The notes below the pieces were generated by a model. The model saw only the letters and a list, made by a program, of their open reading frames with translations, was not told the origin of the DNA and did not search any database. From Spironucleus salmonicida (lineage: Eukaryota): 64,000 nucleotides of DNA. The translations under genes were made by a program, and so were the position numbers. The DNA lies in contig NC_090597.1 in assembly GCF_000497125.1 (NCBI RefSeq), forward strand, positions 693,797 through 757,796, in the 5' to 3' direction. Below are positions 38,750-53,869 of the stretch, piece by piece (within the stretch, counting starts at the first letter, position 1; the number at the start of each line of letters is the position of its first letter).

Positions 38750-39840
38750 CAGCCCCAGGAACTGAAAGATACACTCTCTAAACTGTGCCGATGGCTGCTC
38801 ATACCCGCTGATAACTGTCCCGAACCTCTGCTTTACACTCCTCCCTACATGCTTTGCAGAAGCTTAGTGTCACACAAAGGTGACCTGACGGCATCACCTG
38901 CTCAGGTCGCAAGAAATATCACTACCTCGGCGATGGTAATACTGCAACATATACAACTAGAATTGTGCGTACGCGCAGGCCCTGGTAGGATGGCCATCAC
39001 GAGATCGGTGGTGCCTACCTCGAATGCGAAGACGGGGTACATGCTACCAGGAGTGCACCTGCGGACCCTCAAAGCACTGCGGTGTGTCCTATTACCTTGA
39101 CAGGGCTACGTGCGGCAACTGCATTCTAGGCTGCGGAATTTCTGGTAACATGCCATGCCAGGAATGCTAGCAAGGTGATTTTGACGAATTTCGCATAACC
39201 CTACAAATCATGCCCAGGAGGCAAGACTTGGTGCACTTCGTGTCCAGCTGCTTCTATTTACAGGGATTTGGCTACCAACCCTGAATTGGGGAAGCAGTGA
39301 AACCCTGCACGTACCAAGGCTAAAGATGCTGTCTCGCTTACGGTACTGAAGGCAAACCCACCGTGATGTTTTCAGAGATGCTACAAACAGGTGATTCTGG
39401 TCATGTGAACACTGTGTATGAGGGTATAAATGGCTATGGGCACTTGCCGGCTCATTTGTATTCCAAACTAGCAGGTGGACAGTACAGCAGAGACGGTGTA
39501 CTACGGAGTACAGGCACACCGTTTATCAGACCGAGTACAGAAGCGAGAAATACCGCAACTGCTTTACGTACGATTGCGAAAGTACGTAAAGTGCGCTACA
39601 CGGGATCAGCTGGCTGGCCAGGCGTGCAAGGAGTGCTCCAGTGCAGCTGGACTAGAATATATTTAATACGTGCTTATGAGAAAAGTGATGGCTACATGCA
39701 CATAGGAGTCACTCTAGGGATCCCGCTCGGGCTGGCCGGCATCAGCACTGCCAGCGCAGGTTGGGCACTAGTTTTGAGAATATGACAGAAGATAGAAAAT
39801 AAAAGCAACTAGCAAAGTACCGCGACCGCATTCTGCGAGG
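38750..39840 (+). pseudogene. Decayed membrane protein gene (mirror of 18330-19420)
   Basis: Near-identical inverted copy with an extra TGG->TGA at 39783-39785. Confidence 0.4.
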
Positions 39841-40169
39841 TTTTGCGGTGAGTATCAATGGAGTCAGCACGGTGTTCATCGCGGTTCTGCCTAGTATGAT
39901 ATATTGATTTGGTATGTTAATATACAATATACTCCCTTTCCGAAAAACAATATCAGCTTACTAGTACCCCATAAGTGACAGGAGCTGTTGCAAACCAAAA
40001 TGGATGGGAAATCGATTACCTACTGTTGGAATATTGCATGCAATCGTCATATTAGAGAATCAATGAATTTCATTCAAAATTTACTTCTGGTCAACATTTT
40101 ATCCTCTGGGCCGTTTAGTGGAATCCTTTCCCTATTGACTCTAGGGTCTTGCCATGTGCCAGGAAACCA

Positions 40170-41780
40170 TTATTTCTCTTGACATTCGTTGCTTAAGCAA
40201 CCCAGTTAAGATTGAGTAACATGCGGTGGCAAGACCCCCTCCAATACTGTAATAGAGCCGCTTCCCAACTCGTGTGCACGCGCAGCCTCCCTCTACCAGT
40301 ACCAAGTCTGCATCGCTAGATAAGCAGATTAACCTATTTCCTCAGGTTTTCCGGTCTATGTGCATAGCGCGGACCAACTCGCCATATCGTGCGGTTCGCC
40401 AAAATCTAAGCACTCAAGGCTTACTTGAACTTCGCACTGTTATCTCTTCTTTGCATACAGTTAGCTAAAGCCAGGGTTGCACAGGAACTACGCGTTCAAA
40501 GTCTCGTACTTGTTGCAAATCACATGAATTGGTAGTCCTAGGTTCCAGCATAGACACTCTCGTACTAGGAGCCTGGTGGGCAAAGATTCCGGTTGCTATT
40601 ATTCCTCTCGTGTGTTCTGTCTCTCGAAAACCTTGCAGATAAAAAGTACTCGCAAATATTTTGCCAGAGCACACCCTGCTCAAGGTCTGTCACTGAATGC
40701 AAACGCCTCCAGGTTCTCGCTGCCTCTTGCCTTCCTAGATGGCTAAGGTTAACATCTGTGCTATTTTCATTCACATACTCGTTCCTGTCATTGGGCCATA
40801 CCGAAGTGCGTATTCTTCTCATATTTCTGCATTTGCGCATCATTGATAATGTTTACAACAGCTTATGAATGCATGGCATACTTTTAAATCCCAATTATAT
40901 ACTTATTGAAATCTTAATCTCCTCTGCATGTAACATATCCTCATGGATGGCGTACAGGTATATCCCGTAGTCTTCACACCGCATAATCTGCTAGGCTATC
41001 ATGGATTTAGGGCACCAAATTCGCTCGCAACACTCCATCGCAGCCCAGTAGTGACAAGACATGCAGAAGCTGAATCTGCTTCTATACGGATTGCTAGAGT
41101 GGTTAGCATCCCATATCTTGTAGTATTGTACCTATCTGCATTTGCAAAATTTACCGGACATACTATGCAGAAATTGTCGCTAGCCGTCTAATCTTCGTTG
41201 CACTCGTAGCATTCATCTCCTACACGGTCGGCGCAGTCTCCATGACAAGGCTGACCAGTAAAATTCAACAGTATATATTCCTTCATGTAAGTGGAGCAGG
41301 ATGCCCTTCTGCGTTATTCGCTTCCCCGGAGGCGAGACGCACAGTACCATTCTTTTATTCGAAAATATTTTTCATCTTTTTCACAAAATAACTAGTCAGA
41401 GAAGCAGATAGAGTTCGCAATGCACTTAGGGTATTCGGTTAAAATAAAAATATAGCACTGCTTGCATTCGACGCATGCTATGGAAGTATCCAGCTAAATA
41501 GCGCAATCTGGCAAGGTCTGCCCGCATTGCTGTCAAATCGTAGCCGGGTTAGCAACTTCAGCAGGTACGGGGTATACGTGCAGGCTCCCTTACCAGTTGA
41601 CTAAATTGAATATTTAGTAAATTTATATCTCACATTGGTCATTCATCTGGCATCCAGCTCCACCTGGGCAGCCTTTGCTGGAAATACGTAAGCTGTCCTT
41701 CTGGAGCATGGGCTGATATGAATTAACATAACTGCAACAACCATATTTTCGGTTTCCGATGATTTTGTTAGCAGCCATGT
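40170..41780 (-). pseudogene. Decayed cysteine-rich membrane protein gene (mirror of 16390-18000)
   Basis: Near-identical inverted copy. Confidence 0.55.
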
Positions 41781-42549
41781 AAGTATAGCTTGAGAATAGC
41801 ATCAGGTCGCTGAAGTATATACGTACTATAGTGAGCCTAGCATTATACCCACACCATACGCTGTATCTGTGCAGATATTTAAATAAATTATCATATTTAT
41901 GAAATAATCCTACCTGAGCAGAAACGAGATAAGGCCATAAGTAGTTGATTCAAATACATCACGCTATTACTGCAGCAACCCTAACTATCTCATGATGACT
42001 AGTATTATCTATACTAGGTCTATAGATAGCTTAACGACGCCATTAAGAAAACTATTTTACTCCCTGGGATTAGTAATTGCATACCTCACCAATATGTATT
42101 CTATTTATTTTACCGAAAACCTAATTTCTATTAAACTGTATAATACCAATTTTGTATTATTATTACTATAGTACAAAGTATGTTTACTAACCGCACCCTA
42201 TCAACCCATTATTACCCTATTCCCCTAATATCTGACTATGATAATGCTAGTTAACATCCCACACAAACGCAACAACCCCAACACCTTATTATATCACTGC
42301 AATCATGCGAATACCATGCATCTCCTGCATCCTAAGCAGACTTCTTACCCTGCCCTACTCATGCCTTTCATTTCCCCACAGCTAATTCCTGACGTCTAGA
42401 CCAACTCAAATACAAACAGTTTTCTAGGCACAAACTTCCATTTCTGCCGCTGTTACCTCGCACATTTCACGATCTCCAGTATCGAATTTGCACCCAAAAC
42501 CGCACGCGCGCAGCCTCCGAAGGGCTCGCTCGCGCTTCAGATCCCAGGA

Positions 42550-43140
42550 GACCTTGCTAAGAGGGCGCGGTTTGCAGGGCAAAATCTGCTGGAAACCCAT
42601 TTATTTCCACTTTCGTGTACTGCAAAATAAGATAATTTTGAGGAGCAACACATTGTAAAATGAAAGTAGATATTAACATAGAGCATGCATGAATTTGATT
42701 TAGCGAACAAATTATGAGTGCTTAGATGAATGCGTGGACAATTAGCATGCAGTGCAAAAAGTAATGATAAACTGCGTTTACGAGATGCTGTTGGTTAGAA
42801 TTTAGGCATTTGCTAGGAAAGTTCAGAGGCAGGGGAGCATGTGGAGATGTTCGTTGTACATGTTGAGAAGATAGTCATGATACGTGAACTGGGTGCATAA
42901 ATACGAGTAATTATGTTTCTATAGATGGAAAATTCACAGGTAGGGGTACCAATAAATGCGCAATTTGCCTTCCTGGGTATATCTTGAAAGAGGATAATTG
43001 GGCGGATTGTGCGGTGGGCTGAAAAAGTAGGGTTTTTCGTTTTTATATAATGCTCTGACGGATATTTGTCATGGCATATTAACTGGAATTATTATAGTGG
43101 CGGCCTCGCGTATTACTTGAGTAAGAAAGGAAAGAAGTGA
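42550..43140 (+). pseudogene. Decayed CRMP1-type gene (mirror of 15030-15620)
   Basis: Ends GGLAYYLSKKGKK* at 43140. CxxC remnants in broken frames. Confidence 0.7.
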
Positions 43141-43921
43141 TATTAAATAATATATAGATATGATATGAAAAATTTCAAAAGAGAATGGACAGAAGAGGAG
43201 CTTATATATAAAACGCTTGATAATATGAATAACCTATATTGAGATGATGTAATAAGTAGCGACATTGAATTTTTAAATTTTACTTTGGTAGCATTTAAGC
43301 AGTACTGAAAAAGCTTTTCTGCTTAAAAGAGTAAGACATGTGAATTGATAAAAATTGCATGAATTGCAGCTTCTATCAAATATGATATTTTGATGTTTTT
43401 GAAATACGATAGTGCGTTAGGGATTATTGGTAGCGAATAGCGAAACATGCAAAATTATAGATTTTATTTCTTATGTTTTGATAGAGGTCAATCTTGATAA
43501 GGAATTTTTAATTTTCTCACCATCAAAATTAAGTATTTTTGTTTATGTTTAGAAATATACTTAAGCAATTTAGTGTATAATATTAAAATAATAATTTAAA
43601 GATTCTTAGGTATATATATGTCGTTATCGAAATATATTCATTGTTAATTTGAAAAAGTATAAAAGTTACATTCAAATTCATGTTAGTCATAAAATAATAA
43701 TAATAATAAATAGAAGATAAAACATAAGATTGTTTTTTTATTTATATTGATAATGGTATAAATAAAATAGGTTATTACGAATTTATAAAGAAGTACGCAT
43801 GAAATATATGTTTAATGGAAGGTAATACTACTTACTATTTAAAGATAAGAAGAAACAAAAACTGATATTACTTATTCATATCCAATATACATATAAGAAT
43901 AACTATTCCATTTATTTTAAA

Positions 43922-44926
43922 ATGGATAACAAATGTACCGATTCTGATACGACCACTTGTAACACTGGGTTCTTCTGTCCTAATAACGCTGAGGTGGGTG
44001 GTACTACGTGTACGGCATGTGATAATACGTGTGCAACCTGCTCAGCAGCTGCTGCAAGTGACTGCCTGACCTGCGCCGACGGTAAGTTTTTCAGCTCTAA
44101 TTCCTGCACAGCCTGCGATGATAAATGCACGAAATGTGTTAATAATTCTACTGAGTGTAGCGAGTGCAAATCAGGACATATGCTTTCTGGAACCACCTGC
44201 GAGGCCTGCCCTGACAATTGTGAAAATTGTGCTGGAGACAAAGCAGTTTGTAAGATCTGCAAAAACAATTTCTTCTAAAAAGAGGCCAAATGTGAGGCGT
44301 GTGCTGGAAATATGACGTAGCAGTGCGAGTGTGGTGTTGCACTCAATTGCGCCACCTGTACTTCTGGTGATTCGTCTAAATGTGAAACCTGCATTACTGG
44401 CTATAAGAAAAACGGTGAGGTATGCGATACCTGTGAAGATGGCTATATGATGGTCAATTCAGTTTGCACAAAATGCAACGATAATTGTGAGACGTGTTCC
44501 AAGGGCGTTGACTTGTGCGATACGTGTATGACTGGTTACCAGATGACGGTCAACTAAACATGTTAGGCTGATTGCAGCCCAGTTTTATCAGATGGAAAAG
44601 CCTGCGTTAGTGCCGCTGCTATAGCCTGTGGAGACGAAGCCCAGATAACGGAATGCAAGTGTGCAGATGTTAAAAATTGTCTCACCTGTAATGATAGTAA
44701 TAGTAAGTGCGCCTCCTGCCTCCCTGGATACAAGCTAGAGGCTGATAAATGTGAGACTTGCGAAGATGGGGCTGAACAGACTGGAGCCTTTTGCTTCGTA
44801 CCGAGAAAGGAATCTGGGAACCTCTCAGGCGGTGCTGCGGCGGGAATTGTGATTGCTGTGCTGGTGGTGGTAGGGGCCGTCGGTGGCGGTCTGGCGTATT
44901 ACTTCATCAAGAGAGCCAAGAAGTGA
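43922..44926 (+). CDS. Cysteine-rich membrane protein, CRMP1-type (334 aa)
   Basis: [20 protein letters not shown]..., [31 protein letters not shown], tail KRAKK, AGTGA. Confidence 0.93.
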
Positions 44927-47900
44927 AAAGTATTTGAATTTTTCACATTAATATTCTAGTATTATCAGAATATGTGAGATTTAATAGTTGATTTTTCAGA
45001 AATCAATTCTATCATTGTTACCATTATTAATTTAAATTATCCTAGATATAGACTGAATTTGATATTATTGACTATTAGCTTAAGTAAAGGTATTTTTCTA
45101 AATAAAATTTCAAAACTCAGCTAGAAATGGTTTACGAATCTTTAATAAAACGATATTGAGACTGCAAATACCATTAAGCAATGTGTATTATTTCTATGTT
45201 GCTGAATTATTTTAAATGACATGAAATTTCATTATTGATATTCACTGCTTAATGGATACTATTCCTTTTAGGTAGCTCTACTATTAGGTAGATTTCATTC
45301 TCTTCTAAATTAACAAATAAGTTATCTTAATATAATATATAATTAATATTAAATTATCATTTGCATGAAGTATCTCTAAATATTAACTTATATCATATTT
45401 TAGAATGGAATTCCTTTAATATCATGCCTAGTAACAAGTGAACATTACCATGAAAGTTAATAAAATTTGATTCTTATACTAAGCAAAATGCATTAAACCA
45501 TCCTGTGCATGGCCAGCACAATCACATAGAATGCAAACCCACTTCCATCCTGCCCGCACCCTAGCAAGACTCTTGACTATTTTAAAATGTCCATATTCTA
45601 TTATTCCACTTCAGCAACATACGTCTTCTATACCTAGCAAGCTGAGTTTTCTTGACTCTACCGAATAAAATTTAAAACTTACAGCTTCGAAGTCCTTGCT
45701 AGGCTTGAATTTATGATTATGCGCAGCCCTACTAATATGAAATTGCGCAATTCTCCAACAGTTTACTTAGTGAATCTAAGCAACTCATTAACAATACTGG
45801 TTCCAAAACGCGAATCCCGAAATTGCTAAATGCTGCAATTTCCTATTACGACTAACATAGAATAACAAAGCATGCAAGATACCTGCATGGATGCAGGATA
45901 ACCATATTGGAAGGACCTTCATTTTACGAACCAGCGCAGTTCAGTCATAGAACACCCGGATGCGCTTTAAATGCGAAATTTAGAGGAGATGGTCGGCAAA
46001 CTTTAGACCTCCGCAAGGACGGGTTGGAGTCCAGAGGTTGACAAATTTGCATACTCGAGTGCGGAGTTTTCTACCGATACTGGTAAATTTGATGAAATGA
46101 TTTTGCTGCTGCTACGTCATGTGGGGATTTCGTATTTTTCAGTTTTATGTTATAGCTTTATTATATAATAGGATATATTTATTAATGTATAGTAAAAGTA
46201 TATTATATATGATAATATATTCTACTATGAGAAATGTTGAACCTGAAAGCTGGTGGCTTGCGTTAATAGGTGCTTACTGGATGAGATTAAAATTCTCCAG
46301 TTAGTGCTGAGTTATATTAATAGGCTAGTTTACAAGTGCATGATATGAAAAGGGGTAACTGTAAATCCCCGAAACTGAATAAATTATTCAACATTGGATC
46401 TAGTACTTTATATCCTTAAACACCATACAAAGTAACGAAGCTAATTATATTATACTTTTCTATTTCAAGTTCATTCTCGTGGTTCCATTACAATTAGGTA
46501 GCTGAATTCTGATTAAAAATCTACTATTTAATTACACTTTTACTAATTTTATATAAATATGACTCTAAAGTATCATTATAATTAAATACAAAATTTACAC
46601 CGTTAAGCTGATTTTACTGGGAGATGTCACAATCATTTTAATAATAACTATAAAATTAGCTAAGTTGTTCGAAATTGTAGGCTATGGTGATCTAACTGAT
46701 ACTGCATACATTAAATACTGATTAAGATACTATATAGCGAAATTAATTCAGCGCCAGCCTGATAACCTATCTTCACTAATTGCGTAGGCAGAAAATAAGT
46801 CTGCTCCATACCACTAATATTTATTTCTGGATGGCCGTGAGCGACTGCTTTGAAATTTGTCCAAATGATGTTGGAGTATCAAAATTATCAATCGTGCCAC
46901 CTTCAACGCTGCGTAGGCTAGGCACTGAAATTTAGCATTGTGGGTCATAAGAGTCAGAGCTTTATGAGATCCGGTAGTAGTCTACTAACAAAACTCAATA
47001 TTTGCAAAAATATATACATGCCATGCTTCCAGTCGCTAAAGCACTTGTGCTGATTGATTTTTAAATTTGTTGTCGTATGTATTCTTGTATGTTGGTATTT
47101 CTACACTTTAGTTAAGCTAATACTTTGAAGCAACATAAAAGTACTCAACTGATACTTTCTAAGTTATAGTGTATTTATAACATCATTTATCGATAATTGG
47201 AACTTCATACTACTCAAGTATACCTAGCCATTATAAAATGATCTTTTGCTAGAAGAGCTACAAATAATAATATTTGTGTAATTTATCGCTAACAGACTAT
47301 TTTAGTGTAAGTAAGTACTACGCAACTAATATTATTGATATCCTGTAGAAACAGTAAGTATTTCAACTATTTACCTATAATGATTTTCTCTACCATAATT
47401 GTCCTGATATGAAATAATCTCATACTTTAAAAAGTTTGACTTTATTAGTAACGTGTTACTATATGCGTAAATAGCTACTCACTAATTCGTTACATGATAG
47501 CATGGAGTTCAAACTGCTAAAATAGTTTGTAGCACGATTTCTGTATAATTCCATCATGAGAATACTCAGATTCCGTCATTAGCAATCCAAGTATATTTAA
47601 GATATAAAATAATTTGCAATTGATATGCTACTATTGCTAGCTGAATATAGCTGCTTGAGCATATTATTGTGATAGTAACTCTGTCATCATGCATGTTCCA
47701 ATTATAATATTTTGTAAATAATATTTTCATATAAGTTCAAAATAACTTTAGAGGTTTATAATGTAATCTACGCAAATTAATTATCTCTAATGCGATTAAT
47801 TAAGAATGTACGAAGATTCAAAATCCTACTCAAGTGTGATAGACTGAAAGGTACCTTGCTGATAGAATAGTAGAACATGCGCTTTGAAAGTATAGAGAAC

Positions 47901-48246
47901 CGTAGAGTAATACCATGATTGTGCTAAACTGGCTATCTGTTATTATTATGGTCCTCTTTAAAAAATTACTCAATATGGAGGTATTCAGCCAATAATATCA
48001 GCATTGCAATGTGTAGCTTAGGTATTATTTCTATTTTAGCATATCGTTTTACTCTTTCTATGATTAGAATTTTCTATGACTATATTTTCATATATAGGCT
48101 ATTTTTGTTAAAATTAGCTTCTAAGCATATTATATTCATTCGGACGATCTACCCCAAAATTATCATAAAATAATTTATAAGTCTATCTCTGTTATATTTA
48201 TACTATATCTTCCCACCATGTTTATTTATATGAAAAATTAAATTTC

Positions 48247-51243
48247 TCATTATAGACGTCTATCGACAAGACCGATTTCAGCAGGCGTATGTTTAGACCT
48301 CTTTACGTACCAGAAAGCTCCGCCTGCAACTAGTCCAATTACAACCAATACTGCTATTACAATACCAGCTATGGCACCTCCAGAAAGGAAGTTTTAAGAC
48401 CCAATGGAGGGATCGAAGCAGAAAAGGCCAACGGTGGTCGCCCCTACAGCGCACTATGTACACGACCCACCGATGAGTTTGTAGCCAGGCATGCAGGACT
48501 CGCAGGTGCTCATGTTACGCTCGTTGCATTCTTGGCAGTTTGCGGCAGCTCCGCATTTGCAAGCCGTTATTTGGTCGTAGTCATCGTCGCACTCAACCGC
48601 TTTGCCGCCAACACAGGCTTTGCCATTCGTTAGGACAGGGGTGCAATCTTTTTCGCACGTCTATTTGATGCTCATCGTGTACGAATCCGCGCAGATGCTG
48701 CATTTCTCGATGCTTTCGTAGCAGATTTTACACGACTTTTCGCATTTCGTGCAGACCCTGTCCACCATCAAATAACCGTCGGCACACTCCGCGCAGGTGT
48801 TGCTAGCTGACATTTTGTAGCCGGCGATGCAGGTACCGCAGGTGCCGGATTTAGCGTTATTGCAGGTCGCGCAGTTAGCTGCCCCAGAGCATTCGCACTG
48901 TGCGGTAGAGTTATTTTAGCACGACTAGCAGACCCCGCTGATACCGAAATAACCGTCTTTACAGAGATTGCACACGTTCTTGTTTCCAGTGCAATCTGCG
49001 CATCCTGCAGAGCACGCGGCGCATGAGCTGCGATCTAAAGTAAAGCCAGGAGCGCAGCTGGTGCAGCTGGTTACGGTCACCTCGCAAGTCATGCAGTTCT
49101 CTGAGCAGGTTTTGCAGGTGGTTAGGCAAATTTGGTTGGCGGCGCAGACGGATTAGCCCTGGTAGCACTTCAGCTCGCATTTCCCATCAACAGTTAGATA
49201 ACCAGTGTTGCACTTAGTGCAGACATTCTTGTTAGCAGAGCAGATATTGCAGTTAGCGTCTTCGCAGGTTACGCACTTATTGCCGTCAACACTAAACCCG
49301 TCCTGGCAGGCCGTACAAGTGACTGCTGATGTGCAGTTTGTGCATTTATCCGAGCAAGCGGTGCAGGTGCTCTTTCCACTGACGTCAGATTTGAAAAATC
49401 CATCCAGACAGTCTGTGCAAGGGGTGGTCGCTTTGGGGTCAAAGTTCCCGACGCAGCTTTTGCATTTGTCTGCATTTGGTGCGCAGGTGGCGCAGTTCAC
49501 CGCGGTCCCGCAGAGGCACTCGGGGCCATTATCGCGACATGCATCACATTTATTACCATTGGGAACGAAGTTATTTTTACACTTTACGCATGTTTAGGCG
49601 TCAGTCGAACAGGTATCGCAGTTATCTACTTAGCACTTAACGCACTTCTCGCCAATTTTTACGTAATTAATTGCACAGTTCGTGCAGGTTTCTTTGTCAT
49701 CAATCTGATAACCCGCCACGCAGCTTTTGCATTTATCTCCATCTGCTGAGCAGACGGCGCAGTGTACCGCAGCCTAGCAGACGCATTCGGGACCGTCTAA
49801 GCTGCAGGCTTCGCATCCAACATGGTTTGGAGCGAAATTATTTCTACACTTTTCGCACTTTAAGGCGTCTGCCGAGCATTTTTCGCAATAGTTCGCCCGA
49901 CACCTGACGCACTTATCGCCAATCTGGACGAAATCCAGCGCGCAGATCGTGCATGATCCGGACTTGTCAATTTCGTATCCAGACATGCAGTCTCCGCATG
50001 TTTATAGTTTGTCTGTTGAGCACGTGGCACAGTTAACGACATTACCGCAATGACATAGAATTCTATCTCCCTTGAGACACTGTTGACATTGTGTTCTGAA
50101 ATTTAAATACATGTTATACACACACTTTGTGCATCTATCCTTCCTCACAGGGCACTGGGCGCAGTTGGTAGTCAAACAAGGCTCGCATGTGAAATTGTCA
50201 TCAGAACCATTCTTAAAGAATCCCTCACCGCATGTATCGCACACGCCTTCCTTAGTTGAGGCGAAACCATGCATGCAGGTAAGACATGTCGTCGGTTTCT
50301 TTTCATCGCAGGTCCCGCAATGCTTGGCATTACCACACGTGCATGCAATCTTCTGACCAACACTACAAAGTTAGCATTACTCATTTTCTAAGTAATTGCC
50401 ATTTTGACAGGTCAGGCATGTGTTTGCATTCAGACACGTGTCGCATGAGTTCTTGCAAAGGGTGCATTCCTTTTCATCTGTGATTGCTTCCTCAAAATAT
50501 TTAGATTCGCACGCAGAGCAAGGTGGATTTACGGTATTATCGTAATGGGATTTGCAAGTGGCGCATTCATTAGTATCAGTATCGTTACATGTCGTGCAAT
50601 TTGGGGAGTTGCCGCACGGACAGATCTGATTCTTTTCAGCCAAACACTTAGTGCAGGTACTTTCACTTAAAATAAAGCCATCGTTGCAGGCTGTGCACGT
50701 GGTCTCTGTGCCTGAACACTCTTTGCAGGTCATATCGCATTTAACACAGATATTTTCGCCCTTAATAGCTATTGAACCATATCCTGGGAGGCAGTCTTCG
50801 CATGGTGTTGAGCTATTTATATCGTACCCCTCTTGGCAGGTTCCACATTTTTTCATGTCCAATGAATTACAATCTAAACAGTTTTTCGATGTCCCACATA
50901 CGCAATCAATCTTTTGACTACTATTACCTGGGCAAACTTCACATACTCCACTCGGGTCGTATAAGCCATCTTTGCATCCTCCACAGTCTTGCTCAGGACC
51001 AGTACATGATGGGCAATCTGAATGGCAATTACGGCAATAGCTATTATAAGATAGGTATCGTTCGCTTTCGCAGCTCTCACATTTCCAGGAAACTTCGCTA
51101 TTCCCTGAACAGGTAAGGCAGTTTTCGTTACACTTAACGCACGCCATTTCCTATAGGTCCTGTTCTAAAGCAGGGTCAGGACAGAAATATCCTTTTGCGC
51201 AACTGTTGCTATCTTTCTTACAGGTTCCTGGTATGTCTTCCAT
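48247..51243 (-). CDS. Large cysteine-rich membrane protein (998 aa)
   Basis: MEDIPGTCKKDSNSCAKGYFCP...; ORF fragments 51147, 50274, 49986 and 49500 all share this frame. [30 protein letters not shown], tail KRSKHTPAEIGLVDRRLQ*. Confidence 0.9.
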
Positions 51244-51699
51244 TTTATAAAGATTTAAGTTACGATATTGATTAACATTATAATTATATATTATTCGATA
51301 CCAGTTTTTAGTTTTTAGCAATAGTTAAATAATTTATGTTATACTTATATTATCTCAAAGTTAATGTAATTATAAATAAATATACAAAGCCTAATTATTT
51401 GTGAAATGCAAATTTCAAGTATATTATTATTAACACATTAATACAAAAGTTATTGTTACAATTTTACTGGTTGTTTTTATAAGTTAATATTAATGTATTA
51501 TGTAAGTATTCAAAAATGTCTAATTCGAATTATTATACTAAATATAAATTAAATATTGTTTATTGTATATCTTACGAAGTTTACCCATAAGTCTTGATGT
51601 CTTGCAAGTAAATACGGTTGGCAAGGTCTTACTAACAAATTTAACACAAAAACAGATTCAGCATACGGATGCATATACCAGTTAATGATGCTACAAAAT

Positions 51700-53282
51700 A
51701 ATGTCCAACAGACTTCGCTCAATTTAAATTTGCTTTCGCTTGCCTAATGCAAAATGATATCTTATTATCAAGCATTTATATAGATATAAATGTATTACTA
51801 TATGAAACTTTTACTGTTCCGCAAGGTACCTGTCCATGTGGCTTGACCAGCTTATATTTTTATTAACCATATTACGTCTCTGCGATATTAATATACTCTG
51901 AACATATATATGAATATATTTAATGTTACTATACATAAAACACTACTATGCGAATGACAATTGAATTAATTATTCGCAATCTCCATATTTAGATACATTA
52001 TACTATATTATTCTAAAATTACGCTTAGCGCAACCTGATTATATTTTATATTCCTAGAAAACTCGTTTATCGCATTTTAACTATCACAATACTAACTTAT
52101 TATCCATTTAACTATATCTCTATATTCCCAATAATCAGATACCATATTCTGCAAATTACGAAATGACGACCTCTAAAATTGTAATATATCCGATCTGATC
52201 AAACTTGCACAATTTGGAACTTTCACAGTGATTTGCCGTTATGATATTTTCGTTGCAATTCTCACTATATCTTTGTGGGTTATACTGGTTAAATCAAATT
52301 TAGTGCAAATGCCATGAAACAAGGAGAATATCTGATAAAATCATCTTGTATAGTTTGCAGTACAATTTAGGAATGGCAAATTGGACGTTTTCAGATTGTA
52401 AAGATTTTGATGTGATATTAATTGTTACTTTTGAGACATACTTGATTGTCTTAAAAATATATTAAATTGGCAAGAATATTGAGTAAAGTAATATTATAAT
52501 AACGTGTAATGATTATGGTTAATTGCAGTGCAATGTCTTACTTTACGACAGGTGTAGATAATCTAGATATGTTGAATCGCATTATTTATATGATATTAAG
52601 TTTCTATTTTAGTATTTAATCCAATTTTGAATAGTTAGCTACCTATAGAAGGATGGCCTTGCAGATTCAGATACTTATTAAGGTACGATTAATGCTTCGC
52701 TCAACAAGACGTAGAACATGAACTGTTAATCAACTGATAAATTATTCCTCTTACCATTATACTATCATGATACAATCCTGTTATTTAGATAATATAGACT
52801 GCCGATGGAAGTATTATTTTAAGTCAACATTATCGTATACACAATGAAGTTTAGCTCTCCTAAAATAAATTGTTTCTATTTAGTTTTTATAAATCGTTTA
52901 GTAGTACGTCACCAACCAAGAAGAATAAAACTGTGTGTATGGGTTTCTGATAGAATGTCAGTATTTCATATTTGCGAATAAGAATAATGAAATTCCGATG
53001 TGTTTTTTGAAACCATAAATGATCTTTTACTCTATTTTGATGGTGACTTACTTCTGCAGGGTTATCGCTAAATGTAAAATAATGATTCCCCTACATATGG
53101 TACTTGCCATGTACAGATCACTAGATGATGATTGGATATATATTAGTATAGATATCAGCATGCTAGGTACGGTTGGACTAATTGTAGACTTTGTGGTTTA
53201 TATTTGTATCATCAAGATAAAGCAACTATCAATTTTAACTAATCATATTAAAAGCTCAACAATTAAATATCTAGCTAACTGA
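51700..53282 (+). pseudogene. Possible decayed type-I membrane protein gene (mirror of 6831-8400)
   Basis: Broken frames ending in a TM-like segment. Confidence 0.3.
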
Positions 53283-53869
53283 TAATGATTCAACTAAAGT
53301 ATTGGCAAAAAAAATAAATGATAATAAATGTATTGTATATATTTATTTTATTTTACCATATTTAATAATCTTTATCATACGTAGGTTACCGAAAAAGTAT
53401 AATCAATAATTAGTTTGGTGCTTAATATCAGAAAACGTTGTTAATATTATTATTGCGGAGTATTTACACCAGTACAGAACCGCATTAACACATTTATTTG
53501 CATTCACTTTTCTGCTCGCAAGATCTAATTCTCGTTAAACCATGGAAGCTTAAACCAATTGGTCGGATTGGTGTCAATGAGTCTCCAGCAATACTTGGAA
53601 TAATACTATAGTACGATATGCTTTCTTCAGTTCATATATAAAATACCAAATTTAAGTATATCTATATAAAAAAATTTACGGTAGTAAATATGACAAGGTA
53701 GAAGTAAAAGTTTAATATCGCTTCTATCTTGTCCAATGTACTACAAATCTGTTTATGATAATTTTGAATTAGATCATCCAAGTAAATACCATACACTTAG
53801 AAGTTAATTTTAACAAAAGTAACACTGTCTACGAAAATATAGAACATTAAAAACAACTTTGTTTCAAAA

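Noticed and set aside
46000-48050. Arm-unique segment that might hold a gene
   Set aside because: No sustained open frame or motif found by eye; possibly a decayed membrane-protein gene.
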